DNA from: Trypanosoma brucei
Lineage: Eukaryota
Direction: 5' to 3'
NCBI GenBank assembly: GCA_000002445.1
Contig: CP000071.1
Location: forward strand, 1,888,001 to 1,952,000
Length of the DNA: 64,000 nt
In this document: positions 7,328-20,787 of the stretch, in pieces
How positions within the stretch are numbered: the stretch's first letter is position 1
Layout: the number at the start of each line of letters is the position of its first letter
Position numbers and translations under genes: made by a program
The notes under the pieces: generated by a model
Database searches by the model: none
The model's input: only the letters and a program-made list of their open reading frames with translations
What the model was told of the DNA's origin: nothing

Positions 7328-10300
7328 TAAACGAATAACAAAAATCAAAACAAAAGGATTGCTAATTGACATCTTTTGGAGAGTCTGGGGTGGGGGCTTC
7401 TCGTCCCATCTGCTGTATTCCGTTTAACTGCGGAGCTACGACAAAAAATTATAGATGATAGGGATGGATTGAAAAAGGAAAATCCAAAACACCCACCAGT
7501 AACAGTACAGTCGAGGCGCTTGCGGTGGTGGCAATAATGGCTGTGGCATTGTGGGGAAACCGTTGCAAACGCCTGAGGAGAGCTTCAAATTAAACATCGA
7601 CCACGCCAATCCAATATCACTTCCTGTCCTGACGATTTTTGTTCATTCCCCCTGTTTCTAGTTACACCTTCAAACGGATACACACAACAAACTTACATTT
7701 ACTTGATCACATCAGGAAGGACATATATTGCTCCTCCCCCCTTTTTTACAATCTAGTGACTCCTTCGCTTTTATTCCCTGTACGAGACGTTGCAGATTCT
7801 TTATGCGTAAAATCGTTCTTCTCTTCGTATGTGAAAACAAGTTTATTTCATTCATCCATCGTTATTCTCATTAGTCGATTGAGGTCCCTGCAGGTTATCC
7901 TTGTTATCATTTTGTTATTGTTTACATCTACTGCGACATCATGATTGCTTGAAGAAGTCACTCGCATTGGTGAGCTACGGTGGCATTATATTCAGGAAGG
8001 ATATATTATTCGGAGTGGTTACTAAGGAAAGCCTCTGCAGTTTTTAACTTCTAAGCCTTAGATGAAAATAGACACGTTATGAAAACATATGTGTATTTCT
8101 GCATGGCTTCGTGCGTACATCACAGTACCAAAATGTATTTTTCCTTTTATTGATTCTCCCCCCAGCCGGTAGTTCCCCTCCAGAAAGCATCCGATGCCAC
8201 ATTGACAAACGTGCTATATTATCCCCAAACACGAAGACACGTAAGTAGCATTATCTCGGACTGGTGGGATACTGTTCGGGCTGCGAAACTAATTCTCGTG
8301 ATCTGTTTCCTATCGAAATGAGAATAATACTCACGCAACGGCAATCACAAGCAATCCGCTTCACAGTTTCTGTGGAACGAAATGAATTTTCCCCCTTCCT
8401 ATTTCTTTATATGCTACGCTAATGTAATGTTTGAATGAGCGGCCCATACTCACAGTACCCATCACACTAATTCCCCATACACTCACTAAGCAATTCACAT
8501 AATTATACACTATCGCCCACTGGTTGACACCAAACCGCTGAACCGTATTGAGATGTGTTGACGCGGTGGCCTAAGCATACGGAAGCACTCCCCTTTTTCT
8601 ACAGATCCTCAAGGTCAATCCTTGCAGAAACTGCTCGATCTTGGTGTTATCGGAATTTTAGAGAGATAAATTGTGATTACTCTATGGTAACATATCCGTT
8701 GTGCTTAATTTTTTTTCGGAATGTTTTCTACCCTCACTAATTCTTCCTGGCCGGTTTTCCACCACTGGAGAATCAATGTATTATATTTCTTTATTTTTCT
8801 TTTTGTAGGTGTACGTGGGCCAACTATGCTTGACCACAGGGAAAATGGCATGGCTAAGGAAAAGGACTAAAAACCTGTGCTTACATCTTGGGTCTGCTTT
8901 CTATTATTCAGATTCTTTGGAACACTGTGAACGGGAATGTGTTTTATAGTTATTTTGCTTTGTTTTTTTTATATTTAAACTTTTTTGTAATGGGCTGAAT
9001 ATTTTTTTGTGCTGTCGAGGATTGTTATTTGCTGGTGGTAGTGGCTCATTTTATTTTATTTTGGCGTGTGTAGAATGAGAATGTTAGGGTTGCAGGTGTG
9101 TCGCTGCGACGCCCGAAATAATTTTGTGGAAAATTGCTTTACCACTCGAGGTGTCATAATTGAAGAAATGATTCTCTTTTTCTACACTTAAAAACTTCCC
9201 GCTTTTGTTTTTTGTCGTTGTTTATTTATTTGTTTATTTAATTTGTCCCACCCCTTCTGGAGCCGATGAGGTAATTTCTGCATCTGTTTTTTTTTTTTGC
9301 AGATCGCACATCATTATTCCAATGAGTCAAATGTACTTTCCGTCCCGCATTCTCCATTTTCTATGCTTCCCATGTATTCAAAACTATGCCATCATTTATT
9401 TCAGACAGCACGTGTGTCTTTAACCTTAACAGTAGTCATTTGATGGTCATGTTTTTTAGCATATCTGTGAGTATTTAATGCACATTTCCTCTCACTTTTC
9501 CAATGCATTTTTAATTGCAGCTAAACATACGTGACAACATGTGGTAATGTTAAAGGGATAAAGAGGGAAAACAATTAAAAGAAAAGAAAAGAAAGAAACG
9601 AGGGAAAGAGGAAGTAAGAAAAATAAGCATGTGAAACAGAAGGGTGAAAAAATAAAATAAAAATAAATAAATGACAATAAGAAGCACCATAAAGGGGGCG
9701 CAAGCAAGAGAAGGGAAATGGATCCGCGAAAGGTTTTCACGCGTACCCAGTGAGAGTAAAACAAGAAAAATAACAACGGTACAAAAAATAATAAAAAGAA
9801 GAAGGCATACGCACCTCAACGGGGGAAAAAAGAATGGAAGGAAGAAAGGGAAAACTCCATCAACCCCTCGTTTCGTTTTCACGTATTCTTCTTCAAAGCG
9901 TATAAACAAATAAATTAGAAGTTATATATATATAAATATATATTATTTATTAATAGAAATTCAGAAAATCACACTTCATCTGTTCGACTTCTTTTAATTA
10001 AACGCACCGTACGAATGGCAGCCCGGCGGGTCATTTCATTTCCTCTTCAGAACCAACTTTGGTGTGTGGGATGACGGTTCCGGCAACAGTAACAAAAAAA
10101 AAAACAAAATTTTTTTAGCGGCGAATACAACGAAGCCGCACCACCATCATACGTTTCTTTTTCTTTTTTCCCCTCTCATATGGACACGCGCACACATGTG
10201 CATTTTTTAAATTTTTCTTTCGTTTTAAGGGACGGGGTCTCACATCACACGGTGGCTTCCGAATGTAAATGAGAGAAAACGAGAAAAATTGCAGAGGGGA

Positions 10301-10758
10301 GTTTAAATAAAACAATGAAGGAATTTGTGCTTTTGCTTTCGACCCTTCTTTCCGCCTTTGGAACTATCAGTCAGTTGCTTTTATATACAGCTGCATGTCA
10401 TCACAACAGTCGCCATACTGAAGCATAAGCGGAGAACCAATAATACGAGAAATAAATAAATAAATACAAATCAATAAATATATTTATATTTATATATCAA
10501 TGAAGGAAAAGAAAAAAAAAAGAGCAAAAATTTAGAAAATCAAAAAATAGAAACAAAAAGGGAAAGGGAAAGGGTCGGTAAGAGTAATACAAATAGACGA
10601 AATAACAACTAGAATTTGAAACTCCCAAACGTATACACTAACATACTAGAATAATAATAATAATAATGATAATAATAAACGCATATTATATATGAACTAA
10701 AGTGAAGAGAAGGGGAGGGAAGCACACGTGCGTGTGCGTATACAAAATGCAGAACATT
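7328..10758. other. convergent strand-switch region: plus-strand block ends and minus-strand block begins. AT-rich, low complexity, no supported ORFs
   Basis: Genes to the left are all on the plus strand and genes to the right are all on the minus strand. It contains alternating 250 to 400 nt homopurine and homopyrimidine blocks (for example about 9540..9900 purine-rich on the plus strand) and microsatellites. Confidence 0.6.
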
Positions 10759-11433
10759 TTAGCTGGAAATGATGGCAGTAATGGCGCCTACAAATGAGAA
10801 ACTGGATGAGGCCACAAGAAACATCCATCCATATCCCAATTGCCAACCATCTTCTTCTAAGCAACTGAGGCACGGTTGTGAGTCACACCATTCATTTTTG
10901 TACCAATCCAAAAGGAGACCAAACACCACACCACTGCAGCACGCCGCCAACAGAAAATACGTCACGAGCGGTACCCTCAGGAAACTATGCGTACCGAAGA
11001 AGAAAATACACATGAAAAAGTTCATAAAGTTAAGCGAAGCAGCCACAATACTCAGGCCCTCCACTACCTGAATGTGGAAACGGCCATAGTTGCATGTAAA
11101 GTAATCCTCATAGAGAATGATGTCATCCGTATCGCCCGCTTCGTTTTCATGTGGCTGATCCTTCTTTCTTTTACCAACGCTATCATCAGCCTTAGTGGCA
11201 CGACTCGTGCCGTTTTTATTAATGCTGTTACTAATATTTATGTTTTTCTCTTCACCTCCATCAGCGCTTTCGCTTATATCTTCCATATCATACTTCCATA
11301 ATGTAATGATGCCGGGCCTCTCGCCTTGTGCTTCGAATATTGGTGTTAAAAACGTCAACCCCGTCAAGGCGAGGGAAAAGATGGAAAATATGAGAGCAAG
11401 AAGGCGACACTTACGCACCACAAAACTTCCCAT
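10759..11433 (-). CDS. hypothetical small multi-pass membrane protein (225 aa from the first ATG), isolated inside the strand-switch region
   Basis: A 711-nt ORF in otherwise stop-rich AT-rich DNA. Hydrophobic N-terminus, two or three further predicted TM segments, a Cys-rich C-terminus (WCDSQPCLSCLEEDGW). First ATG is at 11433; the track start at 11469 is GTG. Confidence 0.35.
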   Translation of the reverse strand: MGSFVVRKCRLLALIFSIFSLALTGLTFLTPIFEAQGERPGIITLWKYDMEDISESADGGEEKNINISNSINKNGTSRATKADDSVGKRKKDQPHENEAGDTDDIILYEDYFTCNYGRFHIQVVEGLSIVAASLNFMNFFMCIFFFGTHSFLRVPLVTYFLLAACCSGVVFGLLLDWYKNEWCDSQPCLSCLEEDGWQLGYGWMFLVASSSFSFVGAITAIISS

Positions 11434-11517
11434 TCCTAAACTGTTAAATAATGCGAGGCCGCCCTTCACTCTACTTCCGCTCTGGTCACCACCAATGGTA
11501 GCAATAATTTTTTTTTT

Positions 11518-11520
<3 letters not shown>

Positions 11521-11559
<39 letters not shown>
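11521..11559. repeat. (AT)n dinucleotide microsatellite, about 19 units
   Basis: Direct read. Confidence 0.9.
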
Positions 11560-11562
<3 letters not shown>

Positions 11563-14207
11563 ATAATAGTAATAGTAACAATGATAATGCTTTTGTTGTT
11601 GCTGTTGTTCAGCAGGTCTCTATTCACTCGGCGAAAGTCTTCGTACACACACGCACACACTCAGCTTTTTCCTATTTTTGTATATGTGAAGAAACGAATA
11701 GATAAAGTCACGAACTCAAATTAAATTAAATTAAATTAAACTAATATATATATATATATATATATAGAAATATATTAATATCTAAATATTTTTTTTTATG
11801 CGCGTATGTATTTTATTTACACTTCCCCGTTTACCCACTGTGCTGGAGTGAAATGAGAATTGTTGTTGTTCTTTTCTTTTTTCTTTTTTTGTCTTTCCCT
11901 TTTGTCCTTCGGCAGGTGGCGGACTTCCCCCGTCCCCTCCTTCAATTTGTGGCTAAATGTTAAAAAACTAACAGTAACAACAACAACAGGAAAGAAGAAA
12001 AAAAAAAGAGAGAGAAAACGAAGCAAAATAATTAAAAAAATAATAATAATTAAAGGAAAAAAACGAAACAAATATGCACAAATATAAACATTAATATATA
12101 ATAAAAACCGTGTGAACAAAAAAATTTTTAAAAATGTGACTTGCAGGTGATAAAATCGGTTTAAACTTCACATACCCCCGTCTTTTATTTTATTTTTTTT
12201 ACTTTCGTCTTTTTTCCGTCTTTGTTTCTCCCTGTTTTTCTTTCTTTTCTTTTTTTTTCGTTTCGTTTGTTAACCGTCTTGCGCATCTAAAATGCACACA
12301 TGTGCCAAAAGTATCAAGCCGTTTAAATATAAATATAAACATATTTATATTTACTTTTTTAAACAAAGAAAAAAAAAGAAAAAAAAACGTAAAAGAACAA
12401 CAACGACCAAAAAAAAAAAATAATACAAAAATACAGAAAGAAAAAAAAACATTGAAGTAATCCTCCCTTTTTTTTTCCCCCCCTCGGATACACGGGCATA
12501 TGGACACACACACACAAAAAATAATAATAATAAATAAATAAATAATAGAGCAGCACCAAATGAAAGAAAAAAACAAAAAAAAAGGGTAATGAAGAAGTAA
12601 AACAGTAAACTTGTAAATGGGGGAGGACAAATAAATGAAACACTGAAAACTAAACGCCTGCATGAACTTTCTCATTTCTTTTTTTTTATTTTATTTTTCT
12701 TTTCTTTTCGCTTTGTTTCTTGGGGTGCTTTTCCTTTCCTCCTTTTCATACCTCTCTTCTCTTCTTTTTATTTTTCTTTTTTTTTTTTGGTTGCTTGATG
12801 TTATACATTTAGTTATTTTATTTCGGTTGTCGGATCCTTTTTTTTTTTTTCTTCCTCCTCCCCTCAAAAAAAAAAAAAAATCGGTGTTGGGCACCATGTG
12901 CTGGCGATGGATCGGGTGTGCGTAAAACATGAATCAGAAAGTTAAATAAAGCCCAAATTCTCGTGGACTTGGTCCAAAAAATTTTTTTTTTTAAAGTTTG
13001 CCATTTCAAATGTTTTGTTCCTTCCTTATTTCCTTCACATGAAATAACTCCGGTGGTGGGCTATTCTCTTTCACTCCCCTTCATTTAAATTAAATTAAGT
13101 TTTCTTCACCCACAGCCAATCATACGCCAAGCCACTACTGCCGTTAATACCCTCGAACATAGAGACCTAAGGGACGAGAAATGAATATTACCAAACAAAC
13201 AAACACATATGTATGAATGTATGTTGTGAACATCAAATAGACACTGAAATAAATATTAAAACAAAAACAAAAACAAAAACAAAAACAAGAAGAGAAGAGA
13301 AGAGAGAAGAAAAAAAAGGTTTCGAGGAGCACGAAGCAAAGCCAATGGAGTATCGGTAAAATACATAATTCTGTTTTCTTCTTTATTTCGTTTCGTCTTC
13401 CTCTTCCCCCTCCCCCCCCCTCCCATTTCGCTTTCGCCCCGCCTAAATCCTTTTCTTTTTCTTCTTTCTACTCCCTCACTGGATCCTTTATTATTGTATT
13501 TCATTCGACCCCAATGATATGCATGAATTCCATTGAGTAGGACCCGTCCCGTGGCATAACTTCATCCCTTGCCACTCGTGTGCCCTCCACACCTTAATAA
13601 TAACAACAACAACATCAACTTGTTTCAGTCACTTCATTACTTTTTGGAACATTACACTTGAATATTAGTAAACATCCCCTTTTCTCTTTTCTCTTTTCCC
13701 TTTCCCTACTACCGTTTTTGTTGCTTGTTTGTAATTTGGTTGGCTTCAAACCTCACTAGTGGAAACATGAGGTATTTTCAACACATGCTTCACGAGCTTC
13801 CCTCACACTTGACTTGAAGTCACCCCGTTGGCATCCGCATTGTTACCCCCCACACACGAACATGAACCAGTCGTTGTCCTTTCAGCCCACCACAATGTAA
13901 CTACGGGGCGCAAATTTGAAAGGAGGAGAAACAAAACAAAACAAAACAAAACACGTCGTGTCATACCACTGGTGCGTAACTTTCTTTCCTCCTCCATCAT
14001 ACGTTTATACCTTGCCTAGATTCTTCTAACATTCGCTACTCTCTACTGGTTCATCTGTATCCTCCTTATTGGCTCGGCCACAGTATGTCTGCCCTGACAT
14101 GAAATGTAACTATGAAATATTCGTACGCTTCTTCCTTATTAACGCACATCCGCACATCTCTCACTAAATGCCGCCGTCAACAAAAAGAAAAATAAAAAAT
14201 AACTTTC

Positions 14208-16037
14208 CTAGTAGACGCGCTTCGCTGGCGGAATGCTATCTAATTCACTTGTCAACATCTCACTGTGCACACGGCGGTAAGCCAGTTTCGCTTTACCCTC
14301 CTTATCATTAATGTACGCAAGCGTGTGCTTCATCCAGTTGTGGTCATCCCGCTCCGGGTAGTCGTCACGCGCATGGGCCCCACGGGACTCCCGCCGCGCT
14401 GCCGCACTAGCGATTGTCATGAGTGCGTTGTAAAGTAAATTCCGTAACTCAAGTGCCTCAATGAGGTTGCTGTTCCATACTGGAGACTTGTCGTGGACGA
14501 AAACATGTGAGTAATCCCTGTAGCATTCCTCGATGATTGCTTGGCCCTTAAGCATGCTCTCCTCCGTCCGGAACACGGCAGCGTAGAGAGCCATTGTTTC
14601 CTTCATGCGCTCACGAATGCGGGCAACGGGGATATCACCCTTATTATGAAGGATTTTGTCAAGATCAGCAATGGAACTCTCACCTGCATCTGATCGCAAC
14701 TCGGGTTGCGCCCGTCCCTCTTTCGTTAGGTTAAAAATGACGGTGTTGGCGCACGACTTACCAAACACCACAATGTCCAGCAGCGAGTTGGCGCCCAGCC
14801 GATTAGCGCCATGAACGCTCGCGCAAGCGCACTCCCCTGCCGCAAGGAGACCCGGTACAATCGCATCGTCATCACCATTGCGTGGGTTTACGACCTCACC
14901 CGTCCAAAGCGTGGGGACGCCACCCATGGAGTAGTGAACGGTGGGCACAATGGGAATGGATTCTTTCGTTACATCCACACCAGCAAATATGTGAGCGCTC
15001 TCAGAGATACCCGGAAGCTTTTGGCGAAGCTGCTCTGGTGGGAGGTGATGTAACTGAAGAAGAACATGATCCTTCTTTGGCCCACAACCACGACCGGCGA
15101 GCAGTTCGAGAGTGATGGCACGCGACACCACATCGCGAGATGCCAGATCCTTCGCTTTCGGAGCATACCGCTCCATGAAACGCTCCCCCTCGCTGTTAAT
15201 AAGGTAACCTCCCTCACCTCGTGACCCCTCAGTAATTAAAACTCCTGGTCCATAAATACCCGTCGGATGGAACTGCACAAACTCCATATCCTCTGCGGCC
15301 AAACCGGCACGAGCCACCATCGCTGTTCCATCACCCGTGCATGACTTAGCACTGGTGGTTGTGAACCAGCACCGACCATACCCACCCGTTGCAAGGATGG
15401 TATACTTTGAGCGGAAACGGTGGATAGTACCATCGTCTATGCTCATCGCAACAATGCCACGACAACAGCCGTCCTCCACCATCAAGTCCAGACAATAATA
15501 TTCGTTAAAGAAATTCACTCCGTACTGGAAGGACTGGCCATACAGTGTGTGCAACATCGCATGCCCCGTGCGATCGGATGCCGCACATGTCCGCCTTGCC
15601 TGCTTCCCACCATAGTGAATAGACTGTCCACCGAATGCTCGCTGGTAGATGAAGCCATCCTTTGTACGGAGAAATGGAAGACCCATGCTCTCCAATTCCG
15701 ACACCACGCAAGGTGCTTCCTGACACATGTACTGAATTGCATCCTGGTCACCTAACCAATCACTTCCCTTCACTGTATCATACACATGCCAACGCCAGTC
15801 ATCCTCCTCGCAATTTCCGAGAGCAGCGTTGATACCTCCCTGAGCCGCAATTGTGTGGGAACGGGAGGGATATAACTTGGAGACGCATGCCACATTATAA
15901 CCCGAGGCGGCAACACCCATTGCGGCACGAAGCCCAGAGCCCCCTGCACCGACTACCACGCAGTCAAACGTATGATCGATCACGGGGTACGCCTTGCTGA
16001 GGTGTGAGGCGAGACGGTTAAAAGAACGCCGTAGCAT
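14208..16037 (-). CDS. SDH1: succinate dehydrogenase (complex II) flavoprotein subunit
   Basis: ATG at 16037. FAD-binding GxGxxG ([13 protein letters not shown]), covalent-FAD His region ([13 protein letters not shown]), and the conserved SDHA/FRD blocks [24 protein letters not shown]. 609 aa is typical for the family. Confidence 0.95.
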   Translation of the reverse strand: MLRRSFNRLASHLSKAYPVIDHTFDCVVVGAGGSGLRAAMGVAASGYNVACVSKLYPSRSHTIAAQGGINAALGNCEEDDWRWHVYDTVKGSDWLGDQDAIQYMCQEAPCVVSELESMGLPFLRTKDGFIYQRAFGGQSIHYGGKQARRTCAASDRTGHAMLHTLYGQSFQYGVNFFNEYYCLDLMVEDGCCRGIVAMSIDDGTIHRFRSKYTILATGGYGRCWFTTTSAKSCTGDGTAMVARAGLAAEDMEFVQFHPTGIYGPGVLITEGSRGEGGYLINSEGERFMERYAPKAKDLASRDVVSRAITLELLAGRGCGPKKDHVLLQLHHLPPEQLRQKLPGISESAHIFAGVDVTKESIPIVPTVHYSMGGVPTLWTGEVVNPRNGDDDAIVPGLLAAGECACASVHGANRLGANSLLDIVVFGKSCANTVIFNLTKEGRAQPELRSDAGESSIADLDKILHNKGDIPVARIRERMKETMALYAAVFRTEESMLKGQAIIEECYRDYSHVFVHDKSPVWNSNLIEALELRNLLYNALMTIASAAARRESRGAHARDDYPERDDHNWMKHTLAYINDKEGKAKLAYRRVHSEMLTSELDSIPPAKRVY

Positions 16038-17877
16038 CGTATCCTAAGTGATGCTCTTTCTTTTTCTTTTCTTTCCTGTGGTATGTAATCCCTTTTATTA
16101 CTTCACTCCTCCCCACCTATCCTTAAAACGGGCAAAACACGATAAATGTGGCCCTTGGAATGCTCCCTGACTTTATCTTACTACCACTTCCGCTCCTCAC
16201 TAAGTGTTCTGATGTGTCTGCTTTCCTTCGCTAAGTATATTTAATTATTTAAATTGAAATTCAGTTGAGAGAGTGACTGAGCAAAATACGTAGTCTTTCC
16301 CAGCAGTTGTTAGAGAACAGTAAAAAGTTTAACTGATACAAACCACTGCGATAGTAAAAGCAGACGGCATGGCAGTGTGAACACAACGTGAAAGAAATGG
16401 TAGAGAATTAGGGAAGGAAGGCCACGGATAGAGGCGGTGGAAAGGGGGGGGGAACAAATAGTGGGGCTCGGAAAAAGTTTTGCCTTCAGGAGCGCCAGAA
16501 CATATGATGTCACCCAACAACAAACAACAACAACAACAACAAAAGCAATACAGGAAGGCGGGAAGAGAAACGAAATCCATTCAACTGCGTGAAGAGACTT
16601 AAAATGGTCCGTTTATATTTCTCGCTTCCCTCACCGCTTTGTATTTTTGCTCCCCATACCTGTTTTTTTTTTTAAACTATCTCTTCCGCAGCCTGTGCAG
16701 CGAAGAAAAGAAGAAACGATTGCTTCCTGATTGCGATCTCCTATACCAGTAAACACTACTGATGAAAAAGTGGAAGGGAAAAGGAAGAGAATACGTCTTT
16801 TATTTATTTATTTATTTACTTACGAAAGGTTCCGACAGCTGAAATTGTAAAGAAAAACAAAATGCGCAAATACTGCCATCCTTTCTTCTCTGTGGGACGA
16901 TGTGGAGCGGGACATAAAAGGGTTTGACAACACACACACACAAAAAAAAAAAAGGGCAAACACAAGTAAACAACCCGTAGATTGCCTCAAAAAAAAAAAA
17001 ATCCGCACGTCAAACATTAACAAATAGCAGTCAAAGATTATGTTCCGCGTGCACATACAAAACAATTACTACAACGGAAGCTCCATCGCAAGTATAAGCG
17101 CCGACCTTCAAACATGCGGCGGAAACGCATCCACGTATAGACAAAGACGTGATTTTCTTCCGTCACCTCAGAGTTTATCAGATGGCTTAAAAGGGGAGCG
17201 GCGAAGCGGGGCGGAGGGATGGAAGGAGAAGGAGGGATAAAGTGTGTGCTTAAAGAAATAGTTGGGAAATAAAATACATTCCGCACACGCAACGATGCTC
17301 AGCTCAAGTAGACAAGTCATATGAATGAGCGAAAGTAATGTGACGTAATCATTTTTCAAAACACCCAACAATGTCAGTAGTTGTATATATATATATATAT
17401 ATATTAAAGGTGGGGATCTGTCTCCTACGCATGGGTACCGTCAAGGACATGTTTGCACCCATTGGTTTAGCAACTGAGGTGCCGCTAAGGGAGACAAATG
17501 TATAAAACTTAACGCAACCAGCGCGAAGGGAGAGGCGGGAGAAAAGTGGGGAAGAGGGAAGGTACCTGTACGCAATCGTAAAGTCACGGCTGCATCGTTA
17601 AGATGCATGTGGTAACTCCGCCTCACGCCGGAAAAAGCAAAAAAAAACAAGAGGGATGAAAAGGGAAACACAGCCATTGTGTCGATAGCAGCTCCATAAC
17701 GCAAAAACTACAAATACTACACCCACTCCCGCAATACATTGCGCCGGTGCCTCAAGTTGGATTATTACAAAATGTTTAGCTCACTCCTACACAAAAAATC
17801 GCTTTCCCCTTCCCATCCCCCACACATTCTCTCTCTCTCCCAATGCAAACACACAAACATGTACACCTCTCCAAAAC

Positions 17878-18792
17878 TTATGACACACAAGAGCCCCGGG
17901 TTGATAGTTTTTCCTCCCCACAACACAAATGCTCCAAATCACGAAAAGCCACATTTGTCATTCGGTTCACATATTCTCTCAGCAGTAAACTCCGAGCTGC
18001 AAAGGCGAAGGGTTCACTAACAAATTTGGCTTCCTTCATTCTCACAATAGGCAACAAAGCCGCATACACCACGCAATCATACGACGTCGGACGGTCACCA
18101 AAGAGAAATGGTTTGTCTCCGATAAGGGTTTCCACAGCTTCCAAGTCCATCAAATAACTGGAATCATATCGCTCACGCAAGACGTTCAGTTGCGCCAACT
18201 TGGAAGTGCCCAATACATGTCTTCTAAACCAAAGTAAAAAGCAGGCAATTGACGCTGCGGAAAACTTCCAGCAGCGTAGAGCACACGGCGCTGTGTAAAG
18301 CACAGCTTGATGCGCAAGCGTATGATGCAGGGCGAAGCGTGCCTCATACAACAACATGTTGCGAAGAGCCGTCCCGACAGCATGCTGCATACTTTCAAGC
18401 CCATCATCCATTTTCAACTTGAAAGTGTCCATAAGATATTGAATAATTACAGTACAACCCGCCACGCACTTGCCTTCGTGTATAATATATGGCAAAGTGC
18501 GTGTGGGTGAAGGAAAAACATCATACGTGGCTTGAACTTTGTAGGGAACATTCGCTAGTCGTAGAAATGTCTCAACAGCGACGCACGGCAACGAAATACT
18601 GGGGCCCAAGTGCCAACGAGGGTAAATAAATAAACGAATGATATTATCGCCCGTCTGCAACACTTCCTTTACATTCCCAGTATGGTTCCAGCGCTTGTGA
18701 GTGGGTCGCATCAAACACACATAAACCGAAGCGACTACGGCCACTCCCACAGCAATAACACATGTGACATCAACACCAGCGCTAACATCCAT
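17878..18792 (-). CDS. metaxin/FAXC-like GST-fold protein with N-terminal TM anchor (paralog A)
   Basis: First ATG at 18792 (track start 18807 is GTG). The N-terminal hydrophobic segment is followed by a thioredoxin-like block (FIYPRWHLGPSISLPCVAVETFLRLANVPYKV) that resembles the GST_N metaxin/FAXC region 'CLKLETYLRM'. The C-terminal part is GST_C-like. Confidence 0.55.
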   Translation of the reverse strand: MDVSAGVDVTCVIAVGVAVVASVYVCLMRPTHKRWNHTGNVKEVLQTGDNIIRLFIYPRWHLGPSISLPCVAVETFLRLANVPYKVQATYDVFPSPTRTLPYIIHEGKCVAGCTVIIQYLMDTFKLKMDDGLESMQHAVGTALRNMLLYEARFALHHTLAHQAVLYTAPCALRCWKFSAASIACFLLWFRRHVLGTSKLAQLNVLRERYDSSYLMDLEAVETLIGDKPFLFGDRPTSYDCVVYAALLPIVRMKEAKFVSEPFAFAARSLLLREYVNRMTNVAFRDLEHLCCGEEKLSTRGSCVS

Positions 18793-20676
18793 AGAAAATT
18801 TGCCCACCCTCGTTTAGTCGGGCCACTACTACTAAATATGGCAAATAAATAAACATTTTTTTTTTTTAAAAAGAAAGGCAGATGACTAACAGTTCGGATG
18901 GCATCAACAAACAGTAAACTAAAGAACAACCAAACTATTACACAAACAAATGTACATTTATATATAAGGGAGGGATAAAACGTCGTCGCGCAAACGAATC
19001 GCTAGAAACTGTTGAAATGAAACGAAAGTAAATGGGGAACGGAATGTACGAACATATATGTATGTATATATATATATATAATTTTTTTTTACATTTATTT
19101 AATCGTGTTCGAATGATGGGGAAGCTCAGTTAAGGGGAGTTCAAACTAATGCGCTGTTAGGTGGGCAGAAAAGCGTGTGCGGCCCATGCGTCGCAAAAAC
19201 AAAACAGCGGTATGCGTGTCTACGTGTGGGAAAAGGAGGTAGACGGAGGAAAATGAAAAGAAATAAAATAAAACCAAAATACGAAAGTCAAAAAGAAAAA
19301 AGAAAGTCAAATTCTGGAACTGGAATATATATATATATATATATGAACACGCGTGCGAGCACACGTAACTTATGCAGTGCATTGTTAATTTTACTATATT
19401 GCCATTTCACCTCACTCTTTTTTTTTTCCTTTCTTTCTGTTCCTCTTTTCTCTCACGCTTTCACGATGACAAAACTCCTTTTGGTTTTACCGTCCCTCCT
19501 CCCTTCCCCTTATGCAAACCCAATTCATCTTTTGCCAACATTTGAGCCGGTCAGTTCATTTGCTGCACCGCGACGTTTGGTAAGTTCAACAAATGTATAT
19601 ATATATATATATATATATTGAAGGGGAAACACAACTCTAAAGGAGAACAAAACACACGAAGGGAAAAGAATAACAAAGTTGAAGAGAAAAAAAAGAGAAA
19701 ACAAAAAAAAAAATAGCACGACACCGCACGAAATCAAATCGTCAGAAACGTTCAAAAATAAACAAGAAGAAACTTTCTTTGAAAATACCTCCTGGTACAC
19801 ACGAGTGGACGTAGGCAGAAAAATAAGAGGACGGTAGAATCACTAAGAGCATGCAGGTAACGAAACAGCAAAAAAAAAAAGGCAAAAGCAAATGAACAAA
19901 TAAAAAAAAAAAAGAAATGTTATACATCTCCTTCCTCCCCTCTCTGCACTTGCCAAACTGAGCACCATTCACCACTCGCTCAATTTTTCTTCTTTTTTCC
20001 CCCCTTCTTGTGTTTATACTCCTTTTTATTTTTATTTTTATTTTTTGGTAGTTGCAAACGGTGCATATGACCGATACGTTGGGTCACAGCACAAAAACCG
20101 CAGGGGAGAGATTTATTTAAAAAAAAAAACAGCACCTCAATAATCATAAATGAAAGTGTGTGTCATGTCTTTTTCTCTTTGTATTTCCCCCTTTTGAGTG
20201 TTTTTTTTATTTATTTTAAATCCTCCCAAATTCCCATCCCCAACAACGCGATAAACGAAATATATGACCCTTTTCAATCACTCACCGACCCCCGTTAAAT
20301 ATGGTAAGAATAAGAATAAGAAACAGAACACAAAAAAAAACAGAAAAAGAAAGAAGTAACGCTCCACCACGCGCACAGAGTTCCTCGGTTGTTTTCCTTT
20401 CCTTTTTTTTTAAAAAAATCCTCTTACACTATCAGCGATCACTGCTACAGTGACTTCAGCATTGCGTGTAGAGACAGAAAGCAAACCACACACCATACCA
20501 CATTCCTCTCTCTTCCTTCCATATAAATTACACACATACACAAAAAAAAAGAAAAAAAAAACAACGAACACAAATATAAACTATCGTCAAAGGAGTTCAG
20601 AAAATGTAAATACGGTTCAAGGATAGATCCAAACGCCGTGTAACCAACCTTCAAAAGTTGCCACACTCGAATCCCA

Positions 20677-20709
<33 letters not shown>

Positions 20710-20787
20710 CATATGCCATGATAATTTATACGTTTGCGTGTACATGTGCACACCCTCACATAATCACACAAAATGAATGTCAAAACC

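Noticed and set aside
9492-9913. ORFs of 80 to 119 codons in polypurine/polypyrimidine DNA (also 12199..12675, 12662..13009, 35449..36078, 25872..26434)
   Set aside because: Products are homopolymeric Phe/Leu/Lys/Glu/Ser translations of low-complexity tracts, and they overlap on both strands.
7328-14207. Centromere at the strand-switch region
   Set aside because: There is no long array of a uniform ~150-bp AT-rich unit, only heterogeneous microsatellites and R.Y blocks.
19175-19621. A plus-strand 148-aa ORF within the minus-strand polycistron
   Set aside because: Wrong orientation for the unit. It spans a (TA)n microsatellite and K/R-rich low-complexity translation.
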